From Bacteroidota bacterium (GTDB lineage: Bacteria; Bacteroidota; Bacteroidia; SpSt-205): a stretch of 36,449 nucleotides of DNA. The notes beneath the pieces were generated by a model. It ran no database searches and was not told where the DNA came from. It worked only from the letters and a program-made list of their open reading frames with translations. The stretch covers positions 1 to 36,449 of the forward strand of contig JAVVHK010000001.1 in the NCBI GenBank assembly GCA_032249525.1, read 5' to 3'. This document shows positions 1 to 8,724 of this stretch, piece by piece (position 1 is the stretch's first letter; every line of letters begins with the position of its first letter). Position numbers and translations under genes: made by a program.

Positions 1-110
1 CGTGGCAAATTCCGGTGCCCTTGGGGGGGGGCCCCCCGGGGGGGGGGCCCCCCCCAACCCCACGGCCCCCCCCCCCCCCTTGGGGGGGGGGCGGGCCCAT
101 AAAACACCAC
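1..110. other. Low-complexity block of alternating G and C homopolymer runs at the contig terminus. Probably a sequencing or assembly artefact.
   Basis: Runs of 9-15 G or C alternate from about 21 to 98. There is no coding signal. The 60-aa ORF at 15..197 is only poly-Gly/Pro. Confidence 0.7.
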
Positions 111-145
111 CCACCCGTATTCAGAAACTCTTTACATCGAATCAG
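90..145. repeat. Left arm of an imperfect terminal inverted repeat. Its partner is at 36391..36441.
   Basis: The reverse complement of 90..133 reads aaagagtttctgAatacgGGTGGGTGGTgttttatgGgcccgcc. Positions 36401..36441 read aaagagtttctgGatacgAGGGGGAgttttatgTggccgcc. They share an identical 12-mer and 8-mer in the same order. Confidence 0.6.
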
Positions 146-159
146 TATTAGACCCAGAT

Positions 160-720
160 TCAGCTGGCAGAGAGAGAGTTCTGCGAGAAGTCCGTAGGTT
201 TGGGTAGGTCATTCAGCGAGCGCAGCCCCAGAAGCTCCAAAAACTTAGCTGTGGTGCGATAAGCCAAAGGCTTGCCGGGAAGGTCCAAGCGCCCCGCTGG
301 CTCAATCAGTTCCAGCTCTAAGAGCCTATCCACCGCGTAGTCGCTTTGGGTACCTCGGATTTGAGACACGAAGGCTTTAGTCGTAGGCTGATGGTAGGCA
401 ATCAAGGCTAAAGTCTCCAAGAGGGGTTTGGAGAGGCGGATAGGGGTTTGGAGGCCCAGCGCTTGAGCAAGGAGGGCTCCATATTCGGGACGCGTGCGCA
501 AGGCATACCCTCCCGCCACTTCCATAAGCTCTATACTGGTGGAGGCATAACGGGCCCGCAGCCTCTCTATAGCTTCACTAAGCTCCTCCGACGAAATGCT
601 GCGCCTCAGGAGGTGGCTCAGAGTCTTTTGAAGTAGCTCAGCAGATAAAGGACTCGGATTGACAAAGAGGAGAGCCTCTATGAGATTTTCCAAGGGAGGC
701 GAGAGAGTTTCCTCCGTCAT
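160..720 (-). CDS. scpB: Segregation and condensation protein B (ScpB)
   Basis: 186 aa with the N-terminal 'LIEALLFVNPSPLS' winged-helix signature typical of ScpB. It starts 3 nt downstream of the gcdH stop, so they share an operon. Confidence 0.85.
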   Translation of the reverse strand: MTEETLSPPLENLIEALLFVNPSPLSAELLQKTLSHLLRRSISSEELSEAIERLRARYASTSIELMEVAGGYALRTRPEYGALLAQALGLQTPIRLSKPLLETLALIAYHQPTTKAFVSQIRGTQSDYAVDRLLELELIEPAGRLDLPGKPLAYRTTAKFLELLGLRSLNDLPKPTDFSQNSLSAS

Positions 721-723
721 GAA

Positions 724-1911
724 TCAGACGAAGGCTGAAATCTTGGTGATGTCTTGACCAGTGATGAGGAGATGGATTTCGTGGGTGCCTTCGTAGGTGA
801 TGACGGATTCTAAGTTCATCATGTGGCGCATGATGGGGTAATCGCCGACGATTCCCATGCCGCCGAGGATTTGGCGGGCGGTGCGAGCAACTTCTAAGGC
901 CATAGCGACATTGTTGCGTTTGGCCATGGAGATTTGGGCGGGGGTGGCTCGGCCTTCATTCATGAGCTGGCCCAGCCGCAGGGCCAAAAGCTGTGCCTTC
1001 GTGATTTCTGTCAGCATCTCGGCGAGTTTCTTCTGGGTAAGCTGAAAGGCCGCAATAGGCTTGCCAAACTGCTTGCGCTCTAAACTATATTGTAAGGCAG
1101 TGCGATAACAGTCTATAGCTGCTCCAATGGCACCCCACGCAATGCCGTAACGTGCGCTATTGAGACAGGAGAGGGGGCCTTTAAGGCCTTGCACACCCGG
1201 TAGGAGGTTCTCTTTCGGCACCCGCACCCGATCCAGCACAATCTCCCCCGTAGCACTGGCCCGTAAAGACCACTTGCGGCGGATCTCCGGCGTAGAAAAA
1301 CCCTCCATCCCCCGCTCCACAATCAGCCCCCGAATCACTCCCTCCGGGTCCTTAGCCCATACAATCGCTATATCCGCAAAAGGCGCATTGGAAATCCACA
1401 TCTTGGAGCCGGTTACCACATAATAATCCCCCTCCTCATAAAAGTGGGTTTCCATGCCGGCGGGATTAGAACCGTGATTAGGCTCCGTCAGGCCAAAGCA
1501 TCCGATGATTTCACCCCGAGCTAAACGCGGAAGGTACTTGCGCCGCTGCTCCTCCGAACCAAACTTCCAAATAGGATACATCACAAGGGAGCCCTGCACA
1601 GAAGCTATAGAACGAATACCAGAGTCACCTGCCTCCAGCTCCTGCATCATCAGACCATACGAAATATAATCCAGCCCCGCCCCCCCATACTCCTCCGGAA
1701 TAAATGGCCCAAAAAGCCCTAACTGAGCCATCTCCGGAATCAGATGCGTAGGACATTCCGCCCGCTGAGCATAATCATCAATAATTGGGACCAGCCGGGT
1801 GCGCACCCATTGCCGAACCGCATCCCGAATAGCCCGCTGCTCCTCGGTCAAAAAGCTCTCTATATCAAAGTAATCCACCTTATCTACCTCCACAGGCGTA
1901 GTGACGCTCAT
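724..1911 (-). CDS. gcdH: Glutaryl-CoA dehydrogenase (acyl-CoA dehydrogenase family)
   Basis: 395 aa. The stretch 'ARYGIAWGAIGAA...FGKPIAAFQLTQKKLAEMLTEITKAQ' follows the GCDH pattern I recall from the human and bacterial enzymes. An ATG lies 4 nt after a -7 box. Confidence 0.85.
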   Translation of the reverse strand: MSVTTPVEVDKVDYFDIESFLTEEQRAIRDAVRQWVRTRLVPIIDDYAQRAECPTHLIPEMAQLGLFGPFIPEEYGGAGLDYISYGLMMQELEAGDSGIRSIASVQGSLVMYPIWKFGSEEQRRKYLPRLARGEIIGCFGLTEPNHGSNPAGMETHFYEEGDYYVVTGSKMWISNAPFADIAIVWAKDPEGVIRGLIVERGMEGFSTPEIRRKWSLRASATGEIVLDRVRVPKENLLPGVQGLKGPLSCLNSARYGIAWGAIGAAIDCYRTALQYSLERKQFGKPIAAFQLTQKKLAEMLTEITKAQLLALRLGQLMNEGRATPAQISMAKRNNVAMALEVARTARQILGGMGIVGDYPIMRHMMNLESVITYEGTHEIHLLITGQDITKISAFV

Positions 1912-1915
1912 AACT

Positions 1916-1923
1916 CAAAGGTA
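1916..1923 (-). promoter_or_regulatory. -7 promoter box TACCTTTG, 4 nt upstream of the gcdH ATG
   Basis: Minus strand reads ttgTACCTTTGagttATG. Confidence 0.65.
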
Positions 1924-1952
1924 CAACAAAATTCGGCATGGGGGATAGTCCC

Positions 1953-3092
1953 TTAGGGGCTGACGGAGGAGGCGAAGGCCTCCTGAGCTTTCTTGATGAG
2001 CAGGTATTCGGCGATATTTTCAGCATCAATGATTCCGAGGAGGATGGGGGTGGAGCCGGTTTTCTCTTCTACTAAGACGAAGGGCACATCCTCGGCCTGT
2101 AAAATGCGCATGACTTCGCTGAGGGGGGTATTTGCATCTACCGCAATGAGATGTTCGTTCATGACTTGCGCGATGGGTGCAGTGAGGGGGATGCCTTCGT
2201 GGAGGGCACTAATCAGCTGCTCCCGGGAAAGGGAGCCCACGGGCCTCCCCTGCGGGTCCGTAATCAGAAAAGAACGTGCCTGCGAACTCAGAAGGGCCTC
2301 TACCGCCGCTTGCAGGGACGCTGTCGCAGGTAGAACTGGATAATGAACCATCACGGCATTCCGGGCAACAATACCCTTGAGCAGGGTTTGTCCCTCTACA
2401 GCTTTCTTCTCGTTTTCTGCGGCTACAAAGACAAAGAAGCCTATCAGGATTAGCACAGGATTGCCAAAAAGACCCAAGAGCGCAAAGAAAACCGCAAAGA
2501 CCTGTCCTACCGTAGCAGCAATAGAGGTAGCCCGCGCATACGGGAAGCGCATCGCTAAAAAAGCTCTGAGTACTCGCCCACCATCCATTGGGAAAGCAGG
2601 TAGGAGGTTGAAGAGAGCTAAATAGGTATTGAGCACGGCAAGCTGGATGAAGTATTCTAAGAGGGTGAGCTCATACTGACTAAAATAGCTTAGGTTCATT
2701 TCCCATGGGGCTCCTCCTAAAAAAAGGCCGGCGGCAATCACCCCGGTGATGAGGAAGTTGACGAGCGGGCCAGCCAGCGCAATAACCAGCTCTTGCGAAG
2801 GACTTTCGGGAAGCTTCTCAATGGATGCTACCCCCCCGAAAGGATACATCGTAATATCCCGAGTCGGTATCCGGAAGGCCGCCGCCGCAAAGGCATGTCC
2901 CAGCTCATGCAGGATGACACTTACCACCAGCCCCCCTATCAAAAGTAACCGCCACCCCACAAAAGTCCAGTTTCCTCCGCTGTACCAAAGGGCTGATAGG
3001 ATAATCCACGCAATAAGAAGCCCAAAACTCCAGTGAATATAAATGGGAATACCCCCTACTACCGCAACGCGGATGGCTCCTTCCTTGCGCAT
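1953..3092 (-). CDS. Site-2 protease family (M50) membrane metalloprotease with a C-terminal CBS pair
   Basis: 'HELGHAF' (HExxH) lies in a TM helix, and 'NLLPAFPMDGGRVL' is the second M50 motif. The protein is polytopic with a C-terminal CBS-like region. Confidence 0.88.
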   Translation of the reverse strand: MRKEGAIRVAVVGGIPIYIHWSFGLLIAWIILSALWYSGGNWTFVGWRLLLIGGLVVSVILHELGHAFAAAAFRIPTRDITMYPFGGVASIEKLPESPSQELVIALAGPLVNFLITGVIAAGLFLGGAPWEMNLSYFSQYELTLLEYFIQLAVLNTYLALFNLLPAFPMDGGRVLRAFLAMRFPYARATSIAATVGQVFAVFFALLGLFGNPVLILIGFFVFVAAENEKKAVEGQTLLKGIVARNAVMVHYPVLPATASLQAAVEALLSSQARSFLITDPQGRPVGSLSREQLISALHEGIPLTAPIAQVMNEHLIAVDANTPLSEVMRILQAEDVPFVLVEEKTGSTPILLGIIDAENIAEYLLIKKAQEAFASSVSP

Positions 3093-3096
3093 CTGA

Positions 3097-3104
3097 CAAA
3101 GGTA
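3097..3104 (-). promoter_or_regulatory. -7 promoter box TACCTTTG, 4 nt upstream of the site-2 protease ATG
   Basis: Minus strand reads aggtTACCTTTGtcagATG. Confidence 0.65.
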
Positions 3105-3120
3105 ACCTAAACCAGCGATA

Positions 3121-5022
3121 TTATCGGGTTTGGCTTTCCAGGGCGGCTTGGCCTGCGGACTTTCGGATGCCGACTACCTCCATCTCAATGCGGCGATTGA
3201 GGCTGCGGCCCTCCTCGGTAGCATTAGAGGCAATAGGGCGGGTTTTCCCGTAACCAATGTATTCCATCTGAATAGGATGAACCCCCTTTTGCCTAAGCCA
3301 CTCATAAACGGCTCGCGCCCGCCGCTCCGAAAGCTGTTGATTATACTTATTGCTACCGATATTATCCGTGTGTCCTGAAAAGCGGATACGAATGTTCGGA
3401 TTCTGCTGAAGGAGTCGCAAAAGCCGCTCTAGCTCAGGTATGGACTCAGGCCGTAGCCGATCGCTATTGAAGTCAAAGTAAATATTCCTCAGCTGAAAGG
3501 TGGCTTCCATCTCAATGGGAAAGAGCGGAATGGAAAGCTGAATGGGCTCCTCTGGCGGCATTTCTGGTAAGTGGATCACTTGCACATAAGTCATATACCC
3601 CGTCGCCTGTACATAAAGGTAGAAGCGACCTGAGCGCGGAGGATAAAGCCGATAGCTTCCATCGGGGTTAGCGTAAGCGGCGATGAGTTCCTTTTGGGTG
3701 GCGGAGTCCACGAGAACAATCTGGGCGGAGATGCCCTGCTGAGTGCGGGCATCGTAGATACGGCCAGTCATGACTAGCAGGCGGGGGGATGGCGGAGCTT
3801 CTGGTAAAGTCTCCCGCTGCACGATAGGAGGAGGTAAAGGCTCGGGCTTCAACCGCCGCACCTTATACACCTGCATCAGGCCATCCCGAGCGGAGGAAAG
3901 ATACGTCGCCTCCGGCGAAAAAGGATAGTAGTAAATATCATCAGCGCTACTATTGATAGGCACTGGCATGGGAATAGGAGGCCCCCAGTCGCGGGTGCCC
4001 TGCCGAAGCGCATAAAAAATGTCATAACCTCCCATGCTTTCCGGCCGACGAGAGGCAAAGTAGAACGTATCTTCTACGATGAAGGGGGCATCTTCATCGT
4101 AAGGCGTATTGATGGGCATGGGGAGCCTTTCGGGAGGGGCATACCGACCTCCTCCTAAGGACCGCAACCGATAAATATCCCGTCCCGTAGCGCTTTTCTG
4201 ACCGTGGTCGCTCACAAAGTACAAGTCGCCTGTCTTAGGGTCCTCGCAAACGCTGTATTGTCCTCGGGGACGCTTAGGAAGAAGGGGCCAGCGCCGAGGA
4301 CGCGTCCAACCCTCCGCACTCGCCGTACGAACCATGTAATAAATCCCTCCTTTACCCCGAGAAAGGTACAGGAGAATCGTATCAGGCGAACGATACCCCA
4401 CCACGCCCTGATGATACCGGTAACGAGTCGGCAAAGGCACCTCCCCCACCTGCTCATACGGATAGCCATCCGTCGGATAAATCTTACACCCGGGCCGCTC
4501 ACAACGATGAATATAGTACAGCGTCCCCTCCACTAAGTAAGCCGCATACGTAGGCCCCTCATTGCACCCCAGCGCAAGACGTTCTAAGCGGTAGGTGGTA
4601 TCTACTCTGGCTTGGGTAGCGTTTTGAAGGTAGCTCAGATAAAGTTGTATCTCCTGAGCAGGTGCGCCTTTCTCCAGGGCTATCTGATACTGCTGGCGGG
4701 CTTTGACCCAATCCCCCTTCTCGTGCAAGAGACGGGCATACTCCAAGTGGAATACGGCTTCTGCCTCGGGCATCCCACCAAAAGCTTGCCGGTAAGTATG
4801 AAGGGCGGCCTCCCGCTGACCTACCCTGTAGTAAGCACTGGCTAAATAAAAGAGCCTTTTCCCCTGAAAAGCTATTCCATTACGTTGAGAGGCATGGATG
4901 ATTTTTTCATAGTAACCGAGCTCATACCAGCGCTCTATACGTCGCAAGGAAGGCCCCTCACCTTGCCCAAAGCAGAGAGCCACCCATCCCAAGATAGTTC
5001 CTCCTAAGAACAGAGGCCGCAT
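3121..5022 (-). CDS. OmpA-family envelope protein with TPR, PD40/TolB-like repeats, a CarboxypepD_reg-like domain and an OmpA C-terminal domain
   Basis: The C-terminal 'NIYFDFNSDRL...FSGHTDNIGSNKYNQQLSERRARAV' is an OmpA/MotB peptidoglycan-binding domain. PD40-like 'GGYDIFYA' and 'GRDIYRL' repeats are present. I moved the start from 5073 to the ATG at 5022, because the box TAACTTTG lies 6 nt upstream inside the ORF-track extension and the new N-terminus MRPLFLGGTILGWVALCFGQ is a signal peptide. Confidence 0.85.
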   Translation of the reverse strand: MRPLFLGGTILGWVALCFGQGEGPSLRRIERWYELGYYEKIIHASQRNGIAFQGKRLFYLASAYYRVGQREAALHTYRQAFGGMPEAEAVFHLEYARLLHEKGDWVKARQQYQIALEKGAPAQEIQLYLSYLQNATQARVDTTYRLERLALGCNEGPTYAAYLVEGTLYYIHRCERPGCKIYPTDGYPYEQVGEVPLPTRYRYHQGVVGYRSPDTILLYLSRGKGGIYYMVRTASAEGWTRPRRWPLLPKRPRGQYSVCEDPKTGDLYFVSDHGQKSATGRDIYRLRSLGGGRYAPPERLPMPINTPYDEDAPFIVEDTFYFASRRPESMGGYDIFYALRQGTRDWGPPIPMPVPINSSADDIYYYPFSPEATYLSSARDGLMQVYKVRRLKPEPLPPPIVQRETLPEAPPSPRLLVMTGRIYDARTQQGISAQIVLVDSATQKELIAAYANPDGSYRLYPPRSGRFYLYVQATGYMTYVQVIHLPEMPPEEPIQLSIPLFPIEMEATFQLRNIYFDFNSDRLRPESIPELERLLRLLQQNPNIRIRFSGHTDNIGSNKYNQQLSERRARAVYEWLRQKGVHPIQMEYIGYGKTRPIASNATEEGRSLNRRIEMEVVGIRKSAGQAALESQTR

Positions 5023-5028
5023 GTGCGC

Positions 5029-5036
5029 CAAAGTTA
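5029..5036 (-). promoter_or_regulatory. -7 promoter box TAACTTTG, 6 nt upstream of the ATG at 5022
   Basis: Minus strand reads tttaccTAACTTTGgcgcacATG. Confidence 0.6.
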
Positions 5037-5126
5037 GGTAAATCCATGGATACTTGTTTGAGCGATTTTCCACACCTTGTGGGAGGCTGGGGGCCTGCTT
5101 CGGGAAGAGGTGGTAGGCTTTTTAGC

Positions 5127-6197
5127 TTAGGAGAATAAGCTTTCGGGAAGGTCAAAGGCATATCGGAGGAAAGTATTGTCTGCGCCGACTTGGGGGATTT
5201 GTCCCTGGTAGCTGACGCTCTCGGAGAAGGTCAAGAAGTTTTGGTGCCAGGCTTGGGAGCCCCAAGGTTTTTGGATGGCTTCGGCGAAGGTATAAACAGG
5301 GGAGACGCAAAAGGCGGTATTTTGGAGGAGAGCTTCCCACTCGGCGAAGGTTTTAGAGCGGAAGAGGGCTTCTATGGTGGTGTGAGCGGAGGGGTCGTTG
5401 AGGGCGTAGCCAAGGGGGATGAGGTCTGGCCGGCCCACATGCCGGCAGAAACCTTCCCAGAAGTGGCTTTCTAAGGCAGCCACGGCCACAAATCGGCCGT
5501 CTTGTGTAGGATAGACGCGATAAGCCGGCAGTCCCCCCGAGAAAAGCTCCTGCGTAGGCGGCGGCACCTGCCCCCCTCCCGACAGATATAAGAAGGCCGT
5601 AGCATAGCTCCAACGGAGCATCTCCGTAGTAATGGCGATAGTAAGAAAAGCGCCTTGCCCTGTCTTTTCCCGGTGATAGAGGGCTGCTAAGAGTCGGATG
5701 AGGGCGCTGGCCGTCCCTCCCAAAAGGTCCCCAAATAAAAACCCCGGCACTATGGGCGGTGCATCCGGTGCAGGCCGCAGACGGTCTAATACCCCACTTT
5801 CCGCTAAGAAGTTGAGATCGTGGCCGGGGCGCCCATCCTGGTGACCTAACAGATTGACAACAATAAGGCGCGGGTAGAGAGAAGTAATGTTTTCTGGGGA
5901 AAGGTGGAGGGCATCCAGGGCACTGGGGCGATGATTGAGAATGAGGATATCCATATGTGGGAGGAGATAGGGCCAGGCCGCGGGCCAATTTTGCGGTGGG
6001 AGAGCCAGGAAGCGCTTCCCTCGTGCCAGCAAAGAAAAAAGCGCCGTCCCTCGGGTCTTATCCCCTCGGGGCCAAGGCTCCAACTTGATAACTTCAGCCC
6101 CCAAATCGCATAAAAAGGTTCCTACCAGCGGCGCCGGTAAAAGGCGTCCTACCTCCAGCACCCGCAATCCCCTAAGCACACCAAAAGACGCCGACAT
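5127..6197 (-). CDS. Family III CoA-transferase (CaiB/BaiF type)
   Basis: The N-terminal 'LRGLRVLEVGRLLPAPLVGTFLCDLGAEVIKLEP' is the family III signature and 'FGDLLGG' matches the catalytic Asp region. It starts 3 nt after the symporter stop. Confidence 0.85.
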   Translation of the reverse strand: MSASFGVLRGLRVLEVGRLLPAPLVGTFLCDLGAEVIKLEPWPRGDKTRGTALFSLLARGKRFLALPPQNWPAAWPYLLPHMDILILNHRPSALDALHLSPENITSLYPRLIVVNLLGHQDGRPGHDLNFLAESGVLDRLRPAPDAPPIVPGFLFGDLLGGTASALIRLLAALYHREKTGQGAFLTIAITTEMLRWSYATAFLYLSGGGQVPPPTQELFSGGLPAYRVYPTQDGRFVAVAALESHFWEGFCRHVGRPDLIPLGYALNDPSAHTTIEALFRSKTFAEWEALLQNTAFCVSPVYTFAEAIQKPWGSQAWHQNFLTFSESVSYQGQIPQVGADNTFLRYAFDLPESLFS

Positions 6198-6200
6198 GTT

Positions 6201-7586
6201 CTAAACGCTGGAGGTGGATTGGGGCTCCCGCTGACGAAGGCTATACCTCAGGTAAATCAAATGCCCCACCCCATACCCTACGAAACTCATCGCAAAGCCG
6301 TACCAGAGGGGATGGATTTCGGTTTGGGAAATCTTAGCGAGGTAGTAGGCCCCTACGCCCGCGATCATGCTCAGGATGGCCCCTGCTGCCGATCGCCAGC
6401 GCGGCAGGTGCAAACCCACCACCATCGGCACGAAAAGCGTTACTAAGCTAAAAATGGACGACTCTGCCACAAGCTCGTAGATATTGGGGTTATGTCGGGC
6501 AAAGAGCCAGCAAATGATACCCACGGCGAGGGTGGAGAGGCGAGCGCGCCAGAGGCCGGAGAACTTTTCCCAGCGGGCGAGTATGTTTTCGGATAAGAGG
6601 GAGGCCGGCGCTAAAATCCCTCCGCTGGCCGAGCTCATAATAGCCGAAATCAGCGAACCCCAGAAGAAAAACTGCGCCCATGGAGGCAAGTAGGTTGCCG
6701 CCAACCGAATAATGGGAGCTGCTTCTGCCCCTTCCAGCCACTCCGGATGATAGAGACGAATGTACAATCCCGCCGCCAGCGGAATCAGGCCTATCGTCAA
6801 ATACAAGACCGCCGCACTAATAGCCGCAGTTTGGGCAATCCGCGCACTCTTAGAAGCGACTACCCGCTGGTACATATCCTGCTGCGGAAGGGAGCCCAGA
6901 CCAATGACCATCCACGCGGCTAAGTAGTTGAGCCAGGCCGTGGGCGTAGGCGGCGGCGTAAATGCCAAAAAGTCCGGCGAAAGCCCCTCCGTACGAAACC
7001 ACCCCCGGGGTAAATATAAAAGCAGCACCACCAGCCCCCCCACCAAAATCACATTCTGAGCTAAGTCAATAGCCGCTACACTCCACATCCCCCCTGCCAG
7101 CGTATAAGACAATATTACCACCGTGGAAAGAACGAGGGCCGTCTCCCGAGAAACCCCGCTAAAATGACTAAGCACTTCTGCTAAGGCAACCAGCTGCGCC
7201 GCTATCCAACCGACATACGAAAATGCCATCAGCGGGGTCGCTATCCTTTCAGCCCAACGTCCAAAATGCAGCGCATAAAAGTCCCCAAAAGTATTGATAG
7301 GTAGACGATAAAACGGCTTAGCAAGCCAAACTCCCGCCAAAAACAAGCATAGGGCACTTCCAAAGGGGTCCTCAATCACAGCTAACAGCCCTTTCTCTGA
7401 AAAGGTTTGGGAGGCCCCTAAGATAGTCTCCGACCCAAACCATGTAGAGAAAAGCAGCGACATGGAAAGAAGCCAAGGCAAACGCCGACCAGCAACCAGA
7501 AAGTCCTGCTTATTTTTCACTTGACGAGCGGCCCACAGCCCAATCCCCACTGAAATCAGCACATAAAGACTTACGGCCAGGGCCAT
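6201..7586 (-). CDS. Sodium:solute symporter (SSS) family transporter
   Basis: 461 aa and polytopic. 'GRRLPWLLSMSLLFSTWFGSETILGAS' is typical of SSS TM2. It starts 1 nt after the aminotransferase stop. Confidence 0.85.
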   Translation of the reverse strand: MALAVSLYVLISVGIGLWAARQVKNKQDFLVAGRRLPWLLSMSLLFSTWFGSETILGASQTFSEKGLLAVIEDPFGSALCLFLAGVWLAKPFYRLPINTFGDFYALHFGRWAERIATPLMAFSYVGWIAAQLVALAEVLSHFSGVSRETALVLSTVVILSYTLAGGMWSVAAIDLAQNVILVGGLVVLLLYLPRGWFRTEGLSPDFLAFTPPPTPTAWLNYLAAWMVIGLGSLPQQDMYQRVVASKSARIAQTAAISAAVLYLTIGLIPLAAGLYIRLYHPEWLEGAEAAPIIRLAATYLPPWAQFFFWGSLISAIMSSASGGILAPASLLSENILARWEKFSGLWRARLSTLAVGIICWLFARHNPNIYELVAESSIFSLVTLFVPMVVGLHLPRWRSAAGAILSMIAGVGAYYLAKISQTEIHPLWYGFAMSFVGYGVGHLIYLRYSLRQREPQSTSSV

Positions 7587-7587
7587 C

Positions 7588-8724
7588 TCAGCTAAAGAAG
7601 CGCTCTACGGCAGTAACGATATAGTCCAACTGGTCTTCTTGCAGGAAGGGATGCATAGGCAAAGAGAGAACTTCGGTGGCGAGGCGCTCGGCATTGGGGA
7701 AACTGCCAGGGGGGTACTCTGGACTCTGATAAGCAGGCTGGAGGTGCAGGGGCTTAGGATAATAAATCATGGAGGGAACCTGAGCCTTTTGGAGGTGCGC
7801 CCGCAAAGCATCTCGGCGCCCATGCAGCACCCGAAGCGTATACTGGTGAAAAATATGGTCCCCCCAGCTGACCCGCTCGGGAATGATAAGCTCAGGAATA
7901 TGCCGTAGACGAGCATCATAGTAGTTGGCAGCGGCCCGGCGCCGAGCATTGAGTTCATCCAAATAGGGCAGCTTAGCCAAGAGAATGGCCGCCTGAAGGG
8001 AATCTAAACGAGAGTTGACGCCAATATCTACGAACTCGTAGAGGGCGCTTTGGCCGTGATTGGCGATGCGAGCAATTTTTTCAGCCAGTTTAGCATCTCG
8101 AGTGAAAACGGCTCCTCCATCGCCATAGCAGCCAAGGTTTTTAGAAGGAAAGAAGGAGGTGCATCCGATGTCCCCAAGGGTGCCGAGCTTGCGCGGCCCC
8201 TGGGGGGTATAGTAAGAGGCGCCTAAGGCCTGCGCTACATCTTCAATTACATAGAGACCTTTCTGGCGGGCAAACTCCAAAATAGGCTCCATAGGCGCCG
8301 CCTGCCCAAAAAGATGCACAGGGATAATTCCTTTCACCCGCGGGGTGTAAGCCGCCTCTAAGGCCTCAGGCAGGAGATTGAAGTGGGAAAGGCTCACATC
8401 CACCCACCGCACCCCCACCCCTAAAAGGCGGGCTACTTCCGCCGTCGATACATAAGTGAAGGCCGGTACTATCACCTCATCGCCGGGCCCGATCCCCAAC
8501 GCCATGAGCGCCAGCTGAAGCGCATCCGTCCCATTCGCACAGGGAATCACGTGCACCTTCTCGCCGGGAAAACTCAGATAAGCACTAAGCGCCTCCGCAA
8601 ACTGCATAACTTCGGGCCCCCGAATAAACTGCGTATGACGCAGCACCTCCCCAATCCCCTTCTCAATAGCTGGCCCAAAAAATCTCTGCTCCAGCTCTAA
8701 ATCCACCATCTTGAGGGGCTTCAT
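7588..8724 (-). CDS. DegT/DnrJ/EryC1/StrS-family PLP-dependent sugar aminotransferase
   Basis: 'CANGTDALQLAL' and 'SFFPSKNLGCYGDGGAV' (PLP lysine) are present. I prefer the ATG at 8724, which forms an ATGA overlap with the dehydrogenase stop and gives [13 protein letters not shown]..., matching usual DegT N-termini, over the ORF-track start at 8760. Confidence 0.85.
   Translation of the reverse strand: MKPLKMVDLELEQRFFGPAIEKGIGEVLRHTQFIRGPEVMQFAEALSAYLSFPGEKVHVIPCANGTDALQLALMALGIGPGDEVIVPAFTYVSTAEVARLLGVGVRWVDVSLSHFNLLPEALEAAYTPRVKGIIPVHLFGQAAPMEPILEFARQKGLYVIEDVAQALGASYYTPQGPRKLGTLGDIGCTSFFPSKNLGCYGDGGAVFTRDAKLAEKIARIANHGQSALYEFVDIGVNSRLDSLQAAILLAKLPYLDELNARRRAAANYYDARLRHIPELIIPERVSWGDHIFHQYTLRVLHGRRDALRAHLQKAQVPSMIYYPKPLHLQPAYQSPEYPPGSFPNAERLATEVLSLPMHPFLQEDQLDYIVTAVERFFS

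Noticed and set aside
15-197. A 60-aa ORF encoding poly-Gly/Pro (MPLGGGPPGGGPPPTPRPPPPPWGGGG...).
   Set aside because: It is simply the translation of the G/C homopolymer junk at the contig end. It has no start context, no -7 box and no plausible fold.
5353-5988. A 211-aa same-strand alternative-frame ORF inside the CoA-transferase gene, a possible overlapping gene.
   Set aside because: The translation is Pro/Arg/Gly/Ser-rich low-complexity sequence typical of off-frame reading in GC-rich DNA. It has no promoter box or start context, and the CoA-transferase frame carries clear family motifs.
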